A stretch of DNA of 64,000 bases, taken from NCBI GenBank assembly GCA_946965045.2, contig OX337229.1, positions 4,588,001 through 4,652,000 of the forward strand. The letters are read 5' to 3'. Shown here one piece after another: positions 1-11,624 of the stretch. Both the position numbers and the translations under genes were made by a program. This stretch comes from Epithemia pelagica (taxonomy: Eukaryota; Protista; Bacillariophyta). The notes beneath the pieces were generated by a model, which saw only the letters and a program-made list of their open reading frames with translations, was not told the origin of the DNA and ran no database searches. Within the stretch, counting starts at the first letter, position 1; each line of letters starts with the position of its first letter.

Positions 1-468
1 TTTATTGACGGAATGACTTGAAGAATCATCGGGCATCGAATCATCCCAGCGACTTTTTCCCTGCATAGGTAGCTTTAACTGCATTGGTGGGAAGGTACTT
101 GACCTGGTTAGTGGTCGTTTTGACGGCCCAATTGAAGGCGGTGGGCAGGTCGTATCTCCTTCTCTCCTGCGAACATCCCGCTTCGTATTCTTGGATAAAC
201 CAGAACACTTTGCTTGATCACTTATTATTGTGACCTTCGTTGATCCCCTGAGTAAGTCGAGCAAAGCCTGAGAAAGCATTCACTTCGCTTTTGCTTACTG
301 ATGGTATGTCTTTTTCCTAGGACAAATAGAAAGGTAAACAACGCTTCTTGGATCGCCGTTGCACCCACGACAACAAAACCTGCAGCGTGGTTGTTGGTTA
401 TAGTCGTCCTTCGCCTCTATGCAGTATTCAGCGACAGAAAAAATTGAACGGCAATCTACTCCCCCGCG
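1..468 (-). CDS. Possible partial gene running off the window edge, unknown product
   Basis: Open frame 468-299 (…YNQQPRCRFCCRGCNGDPRSVVYLSICPRKKTYHQ) joins through a GTAAGC…CTTACTCAG intron (298-248) to an open frame 247-1 (GSTKVTIISDQAK…SVNK). The intron removes an in-frame TAA. No ATG and no recognisable domain found. Confidence 0.3.
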
Positions 469-554
469 TCACCCAGTCAGAAAATAAAAAAGGTTCCTGA
501 ATGACCAATCGTCTGAGACGCCTAGAATTACTCCGTCCTCGGGACTATGTTGTC

Positions 555-636
555 CAACCCCGAGCGGGGGTGGAGTTGAGGGTGTAGTTTCTGTGAACCT
601 TGATTACACCCTAGAAGCCACCCCCGCTGGGGGATG
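555..636. mobile_element. Foldback MITE, copy A (82 bp, Mutator-like TSD length)
   Basis: Ungapped inverted arms CAACCCCGAGCGGGGGTGG…AGGGTGTA (555-586) pair with 605-636. Flanking direct repeats CTATGTTGTC (545-554) and ATTTGTTGTC (637-646) match 8/10. TIR core is shared with the element at 35726. Confidence 0.65.
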
Positions 637-1867
637 ATTTGTTGTCGAACTCATGCTACTCGTATCTCGTAAGGTTATACGAGTATGCTATCGTGGGAAT
701 TGTTGTAGGGCCCCATTCAACTGAAATGACAAGAGAGTGGGATACGAGCTCGTAGTGATAGTGGGAAATGGGAGTAGCGTTTTGTTTTCCTTTGATCTTG
801 ACTCTGGCACAATAAAAGAGCGCCTCTAGAGAGTTAGCAAGACTAGTATTGAATCAAGGGGATAGTCCATTTCAGTTGCCGCTTGCCGCGGCACTGGGAA
901 TTGACGAAGGAGGATGCTACTTTATGTCACTCTTTTCCAGTAAGGTCATGACTGCAACGCAAGAACATTAGGGCTTCGCACGTTGGAAAGCATGTCAAGG
1001 AGTTGACCACGGCACAAAACGTGGAATGGAATTATGGCTTCAGAATACAATGATGTTGGATGGCGACTAGCTATGTGTTTGATTGAGAGCCAAAACAACC
1101 CGGATTTGTGCTATGGTGAGGAGATGGTGGAAATTGCTATGTCCCGAACTGGAACTACCTAGCAGACAACAACTTTGGTTTGGGTGGTGTTGCCAGCAAT
1201 GATGAAGAGGTTTTGGCACAGCATGAAATGTGGGCAGACGGCGTGGGGAATGACCTTCCGGAGACGGAGGTGTGGGGGAGTTGGAGGAATTGGAGGAAAA
1301 TCGGGAGTGGAGGAAGAGGTCCAAAATGACATTGTGAATGAAGCCATGATGCGTCTGGAAGAGGATCCCCCCAATATGGATGTCGTGCATGAGCAAGTTG
1401 AAGACCAAGCGACCCCTGATCATAATAACATTGATTTGAAGACCAAGCAACTGCTTGTCATACGAGTAATAATCATGACAAGAATGGTGCTGTCGTGGTA
1501 CCCAACTATGAACCAACTGCTTAGCCAACGCGATTCACGGGTGACGTTGTTTGCTGTTCTCCTAAATCGTTCGTTCTGTTATAGCCCCGATCTTTCATAG
1601 TTCATAGGGTAGGGACCAATCGGTATTCAGAATTGGTATGCCCATACCCAAGCTTGAAAAACTGCTGGGCGCGCAAAGTGGGTCATCACGAAACGTGCTT
1701 TGGGACATTTGTAGAGCACAGAAATATTTTTTACCGGCAAGGTATCGTTCATGCTTGTTGAAGGAAGTCTATTTGGGTCAGCTTTGACTGGTAAAGACAT
1801 CGTTTGCCATACTTAGTGAGGTGCTTATCAATCGAGATGGTGGGCGAACGTTGTCCCTACATCAAAA

Positions 1868-4663
1868 ATGGGGACCGAATCGGCTACTAATGCAATCACG
1901 ACACCTGTGTCGACGGAAAAGAAGGAAATTGATGATACCGAGCATACACATGAAGGACAAGTTTTTGCGGAACCAAACGCGGGGTTCAAGACTCTGTTGT
2001 CCAGGTGGCATCAGCTTGACGATTCGACGTACGACAATTTGAATCGACTGCCAGGATTCCAGAAGGAGAAAAGCTCAAGCACTGATCCAGGCCGCAATGA
2101 AGTTCTTGAGTCTCCAAAAACGAAATCCAGCAAGAAGAAGGCGAATGGAAAATCTGCACCCCGGCAGGTGGAGCCCAAGAGCCCAAAGAGAAACAACAAA
2201 GTTGGACAGGCAGGGACGGAACAGCAGCAAGAAGATTCAAAAGCCGAACGACGAGGGAGCCGACAAGACCTCAAAGAAGCTTTTGACAAGGCAAACCCAA
2301 CGCTCGCGACAAAGAAAAAGGTCCTTCGCCAACCAGTGAATGTATACCAAGCTGCTCCTGAGTTCACCAAAGACTTCAAACCACCCAAGTTTTCAAAAAC
2401 TGATGAAGAAAAGGATCTCATCAAGAAGTCTTTAAAGAAGAATTTTGTTTTCTCGGATCTTACAAGTCGCGAGCTCAAACCACTTGTCGCGGCATTTGAA
2501 CCGTACAAATTTGAATCCGGTGAAACAATCATCAAGCAAGGCGACCCTGGTGACTACTTCTACATTATACAGAAGGGAAGAGTTGTATTCCAGGTCGATG
2601 GAGTAGATGTCGGAAAGGCTGGAAAAGGAAGTTCGTTTGGAGAATTGGCTCTCTTATACACGTGTCCACGTGCGGCCACTGTTGTGGCCTCCAAGCCAAC
2701 TAGAGTATTCAGGGTAGATCAGGCAACATTCCAGTTTATTCTTCAAAATCAGACTGCGGAATCGGAAAAGGAGAAAGTTGAACTTCTCAAAGGTGTGAAC
2801 TTTCTGGAAAAGCTTCATGTGGCTGATCTAAAAACATTGTCAAATGTAATGACACCCAGAATTTTCTCTGAAGGTGATTGTCTGGTCAAGAAAGGGGATC
2901 CTGGAGATGCATTTTACGTTATTCAAGAGGGCAAGCTTCTGGTGAAGGATATATCAGTGGGAAATACAACTTACCAAGATTTGGAGCTCGGACCTGGAGA
3001 CCACTTTGGAGAACGAGCCCTCGTGACATTGGAACCTCGAGCAGCCAATGTGGTGGGACTTACTCGTGGTGTTGCTTTCACAATTGACCGTGGTACCTTC
3101 GAGACTGTTCTAGGGGGTATGGAGGCACTGGTGATTAAAGCTCATGATACAAACGTCCTGGAGGGAATCAAACTTTTTTCCAGAGCCAAACTGCACCATT
3201 CTACCTTTGTTGAATTGGCAGATCTGATCACTGATACAGATTACATGAAATCACAGCTAATCATGCAAGAAAACCAAAAAGTGGCTGCCGCCCTTTACAT
3301 TGTTCGGGAGGGAGAAGTTGTGTTGAAGTCAGAGTCGGGCCAACTCATAGAAGTATCAGCGGGCGAGTATTTTGGGCATGAGACAATGACTTCGGGTGTG
3401 GAAACCGGATTTCCACGCATCGAGGCACCGTACACCGTCACAGCAAAAACAAATTGTACACTTGGTGCGCTCACTTTATCAGACTGTCGATACGTATTTG
3501 ACATTGATTTACTTTCAGGGAAGAAGAAAGCGCCCAGCTTCACTCTGACCAAAGAAGAATTGCTGCAAGAAGCACCAAAACAACCCAAGGCAAATATCAG
3601 ACTAGAGGATTTGGAGAAGATAACTATTCTGGGGGCTGGATCCTTCGGGCAGGTTTGGTTGGTCAAGGGACAAGACTGTGACACTGCCGAGTCGAACCCT
3701 TTTGCGCTGAAGATACAGGCAAAGAACGACCTCTATAAGGAAGGTCAGATCACAGCAGTTATTCGCGAGAAACATATTTTGTCAGAAACGAATCATCCTT
3801 TTATCGTTAATTTGGTCGCAACATACCAAGACCCAAAATTTGTGTATTTTCTCACTGAGTTCATTCAAGGCGGAGAACTTTTCAGTATCATCCATAAGGA
3901 AGAAGGTTCCGGGATGACAGAGAGCGAAGCTAAATTCTACGCTTTTGGAATCGCCGACGCGATAGCACATTTACATTCGTTGAAAATTGTTTATCGAGAT
4001 ATGAAACCCGAGAATGTTCTTGTAGACAAAACAGGATACCCTAAGCTCATTGACTTCGGGTTTGCCAAGTACTGCCCAGAGAAAACGTATACATTCTGCG
4101 GAACCCCTGGCTATGTTCCTCCAGAAATTGTCACAAAGAGAGGACATGACTGCTCTGCTGACAACTGGAGTTTCGGGGTCATTCTCTATGAAATGCTTTC
4201 CGGTACGTGCTGTGGGACGATGTAAAGTATGCGTTGTAAATTTCAGAGGTTGAATTGGCTTTCACTAACCCTGATTTTATTCTTGTAAGGTGAAAATCCT
4301 TTCTATTTTGAGGGTATGGATCAGATCACTCTCTTCAGGAGTATTGTTGAGGACGACTTTCTTCCGTTGTCTAATGTCAGTAAAGAGGCTGCTCAAATTG
4401 TTGTCGATTTGTTGGTAAAAGACCCGTCAAAGCGTCTGGGTGGCTCAAAGAGACGTGGTTTTGTTACGGAACATCCATGGTTCTCTGGCATGGACGTTGA
4501 CGCCATGAGGCGTCGAGAACTTTCACCCCCATGGAAACCAGAATGTCAGGATCCCTTCGACGCAAATCTCTTCGACGACTGGGGTGATCTTCCCGACAAG
4601 TCAACCGAGGATTTCCCACCCCTTCCAGAGGAACAAGAGCAGAGATTTAAGGAGGAATTCTGA
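1868..4663 (+). CDS. Cyclic-nucleotide-dependent protein kinase, PKG-like architecture (3 CNB domains + AGC kinase), paralog 1, ~902 aa
   Basis: Exons 1868-4202 and 4290-4663 (GTACGT…AAG). CNB motifs [16 protein letters not shown] and FGERALVTLEPRAANV, plus a degenerate third. Kinase motifs LGAGSFGQV, YRDMKPEN, IDFGFAK, TFCGTPGY and an AGC C-tail. Confidence 0.92.
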
Positions 4664-4926
4664 ACTGGGCTACCCGACATCGGGCATCCGGCTGGTGCTT
4701 TCGGGATGCAGCGATCTCTTTTCGATTGAGCTCCTTGAATATTCTGGAATAGACGGATCATTCTCCCCTTGCGTATAGACGTTAAGCATTTGACCTCTTC
4801 TGCTTTGTGATGTTTGTGTTGCAATGGAGCGAAGGAAGCCTCAAATAGAGCTCTTCCTTACTTAGTTTCCTGATTGGTACTCTACTTTCTCCAAGTATAG
4901 CGGTGAAATAGATAGTCCCAACGTCG

Positions 4927-6243
4927 TCAACTGAACAACACATGATTTCTACGTGGCGTCGCCTGTAGCCTCAAACCTTGTTCTGTTTCATAAACGCCGA
5001 GAGCTCGACACCCATCAGCCCAGTACTGCTTTCCTCCGTTTGCGTTGTCACGACGTTCCTTCAATTGGCGAATGTTGACCTTCACATCGTTTGGTATTTG
5101 TTCACAAGCCTCACAAAGGTGACTCCAGGCCATGTTTTGGCCAGCTTGATAGATCGATTGTAATTTCATTGGATAATACACAGCACCACGCCCTCTCGCT
5201 TTTACCGGCAGTAGGGCACAATGCCGACATCTAAGCCCAACTTGACCGAGAAAAAGCTGCTTTTTCCTCCCTTGTGTGTTTGAATCAACATCTTCGGCTC
5301 CGGCCTGAAAAATTTCCAGTTGCTGACGAATCAACACCTGATATTCTAGATGGACGATGGTAAGGTAGAGAAAAGGGCATGAGTCAATCAGCCTAGGATA
5401 CTTACCTGAAAGTTGCTCACGATCACATGAAAGTGATAACATGATACCCCTGTGGTCAACTTGAGTCGGTACTAAAGGCGGTTGGGCAAGAGGAAACATG
5501 GCGGGATACATGAAGAAAGGATTTACAGAGGGGCTTTGTTGATTCGGTCCTTGCATCAATGAGGGCACGACCATTCCAGTAAGTAAGTTTTGAATGCCCA
5601 GCCTATGACCAAACGTCATGTTGCAACTAGGAGTAGACAGAGCTGTCATACTCAGACAAGGAAAAGTTCTTTGTGCATGTGCCTTAACCTTTTCACCGAT
5701 CTTAGGTCCAGCTTCACCTGCGGTATTTTCAAGCTGTGGCATTTCGGTAGCCCCACTACGTACACGTGCAATCGGAGGATTGCTCCTACTAATAGGTGAA
5801 TGATCACCCAAGTATTGTTCGTTCCTCGGACGCTCCTGCGGTGTCACTGCAGCAAGAATGGTGGTTCCATCATCACTAAAGGCAATTCCATCGGTCGTGC
5901 ATATTGTTGATTCAACGACATGATCAACCGGGTTGATTTCTGTAATTGTTGTTTCTGGGTCAACGTTATCATCACGAGCAAACACCTCATCGGCAGAGGG
6001 AGCAGGTCGACTTAAAATATGATTAACGGGGAGTTGGATGGGATCTTCAGACTCACAAGGAAGTGCGAGTGGCTCCTCGAGTTCTTCTAGGCCAATGTCA
6101 TCATGAATGAGAGAGTTATGTTCTGATGTAGAGGTAATGGAGTCTGAACGAATTCGCTTCTTCAACGGAATGACATCAACATCATCACGAAAATACACCC
6201 CATCATGCAACCGGTTATGCTTCTTCTCTTGGGAGCAATCCAT
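4927..6243 (-). CDS. Diatom-family protein of unknown function with GQVGLRCRHC motif (putative Zn/DNA-binding)
   Basis: Exons 6243-5406 and 5345-4927. Removing the in-frame 60-nt GTAAGT…CTAG intron (5405-5346) restores LSEYQVLIRQQLEIF…GQVGLRCRHC…GAVYYP…GGKQYWA, a motif set I recognise from an expanded diatom family. Confidence 0.65.
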   Translation of the reverse strand: MDCSQEKKHNRLHDGVYFRDDVDVIPLKKRIRSDSITSTSEHNSLIHDDIGLEELEEPLALPCESEDPIQLPVNHILSRPAPSADEVFARDDNVDPETTITEINPVDHVVESTICTTDGIAFSDDGTTILAAVTPQERPRNEQYLGDHSPISRSNPPIARVRSGATEMPQLENTAGEAGPKIGEKVKAHAQRTFPCLSMTALSTPSCNMTFGHRLGIQNLLTGMVVPSLMQGPNQQSPSVNPFFMYPAMFPLAQPPLVPTQVDHRGIMLSLSCDREQLSGKYPRLIDSCPFLYLTIVHLEYQVLIRQQLEIFQAGAEDVDSNTQGRKKQLFLGQVGLRCRHCALLPVKARGRGAVYYPMKLQSIYQAGQNMAWSHLCEACEQIPNDVKVNIRQLKERRDNANGGKQYWADGCRALGVYETEQGLRLQATPRRNHVLFS

Positions 6244-6699
6244 GTCCTAGGCTGCATTGACCTCGCCAGAAGATACTTTTGTATAGAATGTCTGTTACTC
6301 ACAGATATAAGTAGCAATTGCTTTCCTTGAATGGTTAAGGTTCGAAATCGTTTTGTAATGCTTTGAACGGCGACGGCATAGCATCAGCATTGTGAAACGC
6401 TAGCGAACAAAGCGAGCAGTGTACTTTTTCGTACAATAGCTACCAGTACGAGGTGTAGCTCTAGCTAGCTATAGCCGAGTGGGAGGTAGGCGTACTCCTC
6501 CCACAGTTTAAGCAAGGAACTAAACAATTGAAGCCTGAAAAGTGATTCTAAGCAAGGAATGTGGTAAGTTTCTTTCCTCCAATGAACCAAGAATCGTATT
6601 CAGTAATGGATCCAGTTGCCCCTCTGGCCCAAGGGAGAGTGTTTACGTAAAGTGGTTTTCTTGTGAGAACTTTGTGTTCTCCATTCTCCATGCGAAGCG

Positions 6700-8422
6700 C
6701 TAAAACCCAGAACCATCTTTCATATTTTCTTCGAGCAACGCGTCTAGATCTTGCACGGCAAGTCCCCGGTCCAACCTCTCTTGGCGAATGTCGACCAAGT
6801 TTTGACGCTGATAATTGTCATACAACTGATTCAAAATACGAGCTTCTGCCTGTACGGACTGTAACAGAAGTTGTTGAAGTGGTTCAGCGTGTTTGCTACC
6901 ACCACCCCGCAACAATTTTAATACAGGCGCCATTTGTGTCATAACAGTCTGCGGATTGGTTTCTGGTGGAGGCGACAAATCTGAGAGTGGAGTCATCTTT
7001 AAGCCAGCGGGTAATTTTCGAGGGGGGTAGACAAATTTAGGACTGTCGTGGCAAAGAAATTGTGTCAGATAATGAGGAAAACGTTGAAAGGATATCACCT
7101 CACATGACAGTGCACAATGTCGACGACACGTACCCGAAATTTGCCCGAACAGATCCTCCCAAGTACGAAGAAACTGCAGGATAGTACGTGCCCGCAGGAA
7201 TGTCGAATTGGAATGGTGCTTCCCCACCACTCCTTTTCCCCTTTGTAATCACAAACTCTCCCATACATAGACCGTTCTTAAAAAAGCGAATATGATTTTT
7301 GTTGTCTGCATCCGAACCACTTTCGTCGTTCTGGAAAAGGCAAATTGCACATCCAATGACATCGCCTGGGCCGAAGCTCTCCGCTCCAATCCAATTATCA
7401 ATTCGTTGCGAGTTCGTGATGATGGAGCCTCCAATGTCCCGGATCGCAAAGGACCAACGATCATATCCAACCGGTCCTTGTAACTCACCAGTTCGCATTG
7501 ACCATCCAACGCGAATATGACCGCCAACTCTTGGAGGGGATTCTTCGTCGGATGTATCACGGTTCGCACTCGTGGACGACTGCGCCGGTTTGGGAGTATC
7601 GACTTCACCCCCATCCCCCGTAGTGCCAGAACCCTCTGATTTCACATGTGAGCCCACTGTTGTAACGGAAGTATTCGGTTCTTTCTTTATCTCTTGATTT
7701 ATTTTCGATTGCTGTCTCTCTTCAAACTCTAAGGAAGCCTGAAGAGCGCGTCTCAGTTTAGGAGCTAACCGAACTGAAGGAGACAGCGATTGCAATATTT
7801 CCTGAGTTGTGGGTGGTGGCTCCAGAATCCAAATTTCAAAGTAATGCGATCCTGAACTACAGCCCACATTAGCACGAGCCATGCGGTAACCACCATTGCC
7901 TCCACGGGTAGACAAACTAGCGTGCAACTCTAGACGATTCGACGTCGGAACCCTCATCGCTGACTGAGCCATATCAGACTTGCTCCAATGGATCCAAGGC
8001 GGCTGATCCTGATGGGCCTTATTTGCAGTTTGATGAACTTGCGCAATAGTTGGGAAGGCAGACCGCGGGAAGACCGAGGTCCCACCAGTAGTGCCCTGCT
8101 GATATGGATGAGCAGATGCGCTTCCAGCTGCTACAGATGATCCACTAGCTAAAGATCCCCCGGATGCCGAAACAATGTTGTTGGAGCTGCTCATGAGCAG
8201 TTGTCCTAAACCGTGATAGCCCATTTTGGTGCAAACTTGGGAGGCTTGGATCACTGCGGACTGGAGTAGTAAGTAAGGAACTGGAGAAGGTTGTCCAGAG
8301 GCGCCCGTTGAGCTCGTCGTTCCCGACGATGAGGCTACTTCACGCGCCCTCTTTCTTGACATGTTAGGACCGCTACCCACCGATTCAGCATGCAATGGCA
8401 CTGGTGACGATCCTCGATCCAT
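6700..8422 (-). CDS. ASH2L: Set1/COMPASS subunit ASH2L/Bre2-like (SPRY domain)
   Basis: Exons 8422-7134 and 7042-6700 (91-nt intron GTACGT…CAG). Motifs GGYRMARANVG…YFEIWI, HIRVGWS…LQGPVGYDRWSFAIRD, FGPGDVIGC, YYPAVSSYLGGSVRANFG|PKFVYPP. Start codon uncertain. Confidence 0.85.
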
Positions 8423-8856
8423 CTTGTCCAATGAGGATGCTGGAACCCTTCCTCCTTCAGGCACCGTTGAAACACGTCGGTGAGAAACCCTTGGATGGTT
8501 AGATTCTACCTTTACCACTCGTTGTCCTACCCTTCCCCACTCACTGAGGACTCACTGAGGAGTAAGTCACTCCCCACACTCACACTACCTAAGCCCCAAA
8601 AATTACTGTACTTAGATGTTTTATTCTAGTCTAGATCGTTGTCGGGTCGGGAGTCGCGAACGCGGATCTCACAGGGAGATGGGGTAATCCTGAGCAGGTC
8701 GCTACCTTACCAGTCAGTTACTGACTGTGACCTATAGGAGTTACCGAACGCTTTTTCTGAATAAAGAACACTCTAGCGACAAAAGATGATATACTGACTG
8801 CTAGTACTATTAAAACCCACCACCACCCGGTTCATAACCGCTACATATTTGTACTG

Positions 8857-9795
8857 CTAGTCATCTTCCACTTCGATCTGAAACACTTTCGCCTCACCAT
8901 TTTCAATCTTCATCTGAACCAGATTCACCACTGCTCCAAACACCTTGTGATGCCCATCCAGATGTCCTCTGTATTTCTCCTTTAAGATATTGTAATGTTT
9001 CAGTAAATTGTTGACAGTTTCATGTCTCGCCCTGGCATCAGCCATCATCTTGTCTTGATAGTCATTTCTTCCAGTAGGTGTGACAAAGTAGCATCCAGAA
9101 TCGTTGTAACCACCATCAGCAATCACTTTCTCATTCGGTAGTAGCTCTTGAACAAGCCAGTCTCTGGCAATCCGTAGGTCTGGCCAAGCGCCACAAGGGA
9201 ATGCACCATTCCACCACACTATCCAGCCAGTTTTCAGGCAGATTCCCACCTCATACCTCACACCTGCTCCCTTAAACTTGTGCGAGTACCATTTTGGATC
9301 AAAAGGTGACGGCTCCAAAATCCTGAAGTCAGTACCATCCAAACTAATGAAACAGACCTGTCCAGATACACTACAATCAAACCTATTGTCCCATACAATC
9401 TGTTATAAGAACAACAGCAATGGTCAGATATGAGGAGGACGACTTCATTGCAAATTCATGTAGGGCCATGTACTTACATAATTGAGACCACTATACAACA
9501 AATTTACAAACACTTTGACCCACTTCCTGTAGGTCTTCCTCGTTGTTTTGGCTATTGAGACCATAACATCCTCTGTAGCATAGACTTTCAGAAAAGCCAG
9601 TGTCCACAACAAATGACGAGGCGATGCACCTTTGGGCAATGAACTGTCCAGTTCATCCCACACATGAACACAGAGCAAAGGAGACATTCCAAAGTAAGAA
9701 CGAAAAGCACGTGAGAAATCAAGTGAGTGTGAGTGTCTTGCTCTACCAAGCATTGGCAGAGCCAAGTTGATGAATGTTCGTTGTGTCACCAACAT
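8857..9795 (-). CDS. Harbinger-type DDE transposase (DDE_Tnp_4-like), ~286 aa
   Basis: Exons 9795-9478 and 9399-8857 (78-nt GTAAGT…CAG intron). N-terminal FRSYFGMS…HLLWTLAFLKVY. Catalytic SLDGTD, WYSHKF, IADGGY, RARHETVN are intact with no stops. Confidence 0.9.
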
Positions 9796-10136
9796 GGTGG
9801 GAGAAAACCGCTTTGGAAAATTTATGTTTGCTCAGTGTGTGTCGCGATGCTGACCACACCTTTACTCTGATCTCGGTCTGTCTGTGTGTAGTACTGTCAG
9901 TTCATTGGAACAGGTTTTTTGGAATTTCATCACGTTCATTTGATTGGCTGGTCAGTTGAGCAGCGACACTAAACTTTGTACTGTTCTACATATAGTGACC
10001 AATTCGAATTCGTGTCCGGTCATTGGAACCGGCCTGGAACGGTGCAGAAATCGATTCAAAAATCGTTTTCATTCAAAAACTGGAATTTCTGAATGGCCCT
10101 ACCTCGCCAACATCCTATTACTTTCTACATCTTAAG

Positions 10137-10357
10137 CGACCCACATATTGCCCTTATCTTGGGTTAACTGTGGGTCGCTTGATTATATCATTTGAACCAC
10201 TAGAAAGTGTCCTGGGTCGGTTTTGAAAAAACGACCTGGCTCAAAAAAATTGACCCAGCTCGTTTTTTTAAAACCGACCCAGGACACCTTATAAGTGCCC
10301 AATTCACTTGGACGAACGACCCACGGTTGACCCAAGGTAAGGGCAATACGTGGGTCG
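10137..10357. repeat. Nested symmetric palindrome in the divergent promoter of the Harbinger element
   Basis: 41-bp unit 10137-10177 and its inverted copy 10317-10357 (37/41), two 29-nt spacers, and a central 81-nt hairpin 10207-10287. All are centred on 10247. Confidence 0.9.
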
Positions 10358-10551
10358 CACTACTTTCAGAATTGGAGCCAAATTGGGCATGGCCTCCTCG
10401 ATTGAAAAATGGAGTCCATGATGAAAACCGACCCAGTCCGGATTTTGGTGAACTGTTTTTAGGGTCATAATTAGTTTTCGTGCAAACAGACCAGTCTGGT
10501 TTTGCACTCCCTCGCGCTTTTGTTTTACGTACTAATAGTACCTATACTCCG

Positions 10552-11624
10552 ATGACCAGGTCTGGCCGCAACACTTTGGGCGAGGGTGCCCTACTTTCGT
10601 GGAATTCGAAGTCAACAGATGCCGAATTCCTTGACAAAATCGTGTCAGAAGGCTTGATTCTGGAGAGCGCCACACCCAAATCTGTGTGGTTGGAACACGC
10701 TGTTTTCCAAAAGTACAAATTGGAATCATTCAGGTCGGCACTCAACAAAGCCAAAAGAAAATACCAAGTCCACTTGAAGGATCAACATGAGAGAGAGACT
10801 GGTCATGAGTTGTTGGGTCGTGGTGAGACGGCCCCATCTATGGATGGAAAGGTAAGGAACCCCAATGATGGAGATCTCAAACCAGCTCCTTCTTTGTTTG
10901 GGTCGTCCAAAGGACAAGGTAAGTGCCAGTGTACACTGTTTGTTTGATTGTTGAGTCACTGTCCTTACCTGTTGTGGTTTATTGTCTTTTATGACCAGGT
11001 GTTGCTGCCAAGGTCGCTCCTGAGTCCGTCGTCAGTGACGATGCTATGGTGAAGAAAAGGGCGGCAGGATCCATGCCATTACAGGAGACACTACAGGTAC
11101 AACTACAACAAAAGAGGAAAAAGACGAATGAAGAAGACAGTGGTAATGACATGATGAGGAATTGGGAGCCTCCTCATGTCTTGACACAGTGGGTCGACGA
11201 CAAGAAACAGCGTCATTTGGTGATTTTGGTGGTGTTGCCTACAGGTATTGCACATGAAGACACAACAAATTGCTTGATTGAAGTGGATCCGAGCCAGCTA
11301 CAGGTACATGTGAAGGTAATTTGGCCTGACAACGCAACTCATATCCATTATCTAACCCAACACATGCACAGAGAGTGGCATGTCGAGGAGAAAAACCTAC
11401 GAATGAAACTTGCTTTGGAAGACGCCATGAATCAGATGCGAAAAAGAGAAACAGACTTTGTCAGGTCAAAGTTTTCTCTTTCTCTTCCTTTCATGGTCCA
11501 AAGCAGGTTCGACTACGAATTTATGTACGACACAACAAACGGATTCAGAGCGTTGTTGATTTCCCTACATGAGCCGGATGCACAATTTGAAGGCGGCATG
11601 AAGCACAAGATGGTGCGTCTGTAA
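10552..11624 (+). CDS. Harbinger accessory protein (ORF2), ~330 aa: N-terminal helical putative DNA-binding domain + C-terminal HSP20/alpha-crystallin-like domain
   Basis: Exons 10552-10918 and 10999-11624 (GTAAGT…CAG), joined in frame. N-term WNSKSTDAEFLDKIVSEGLI…PKSVW…YKLESFRSALNKAKRKY. C-term LVILVVLPTG…KFSLSLPFMV…NGFRALLISL. Lies inside the TIRs. Confidence 0.7.

Noticed and set aside
558-700. Hairpins as a Helitron 3' end
   Set aside because: No CTRR terminus at the expected spacing. Flanking 10-bp direct repeats and the shared TIR with the 35726 element explain it better as a MITE.
1067-1600. ORFs 1175-1600 (+) and 1067-1528 (-)
   Set aside because: No recognisable domain, non-ATG starts and no splice support. 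Possibly a decayed gene or TE relic, but not supportable.
5627-5688. Possible intron GTTAAG…CTAG in the GQVG-motif gene
   Set aside because: 62 nt; removal shifts the frame into a TAG, whereas the unspliced frame is open.
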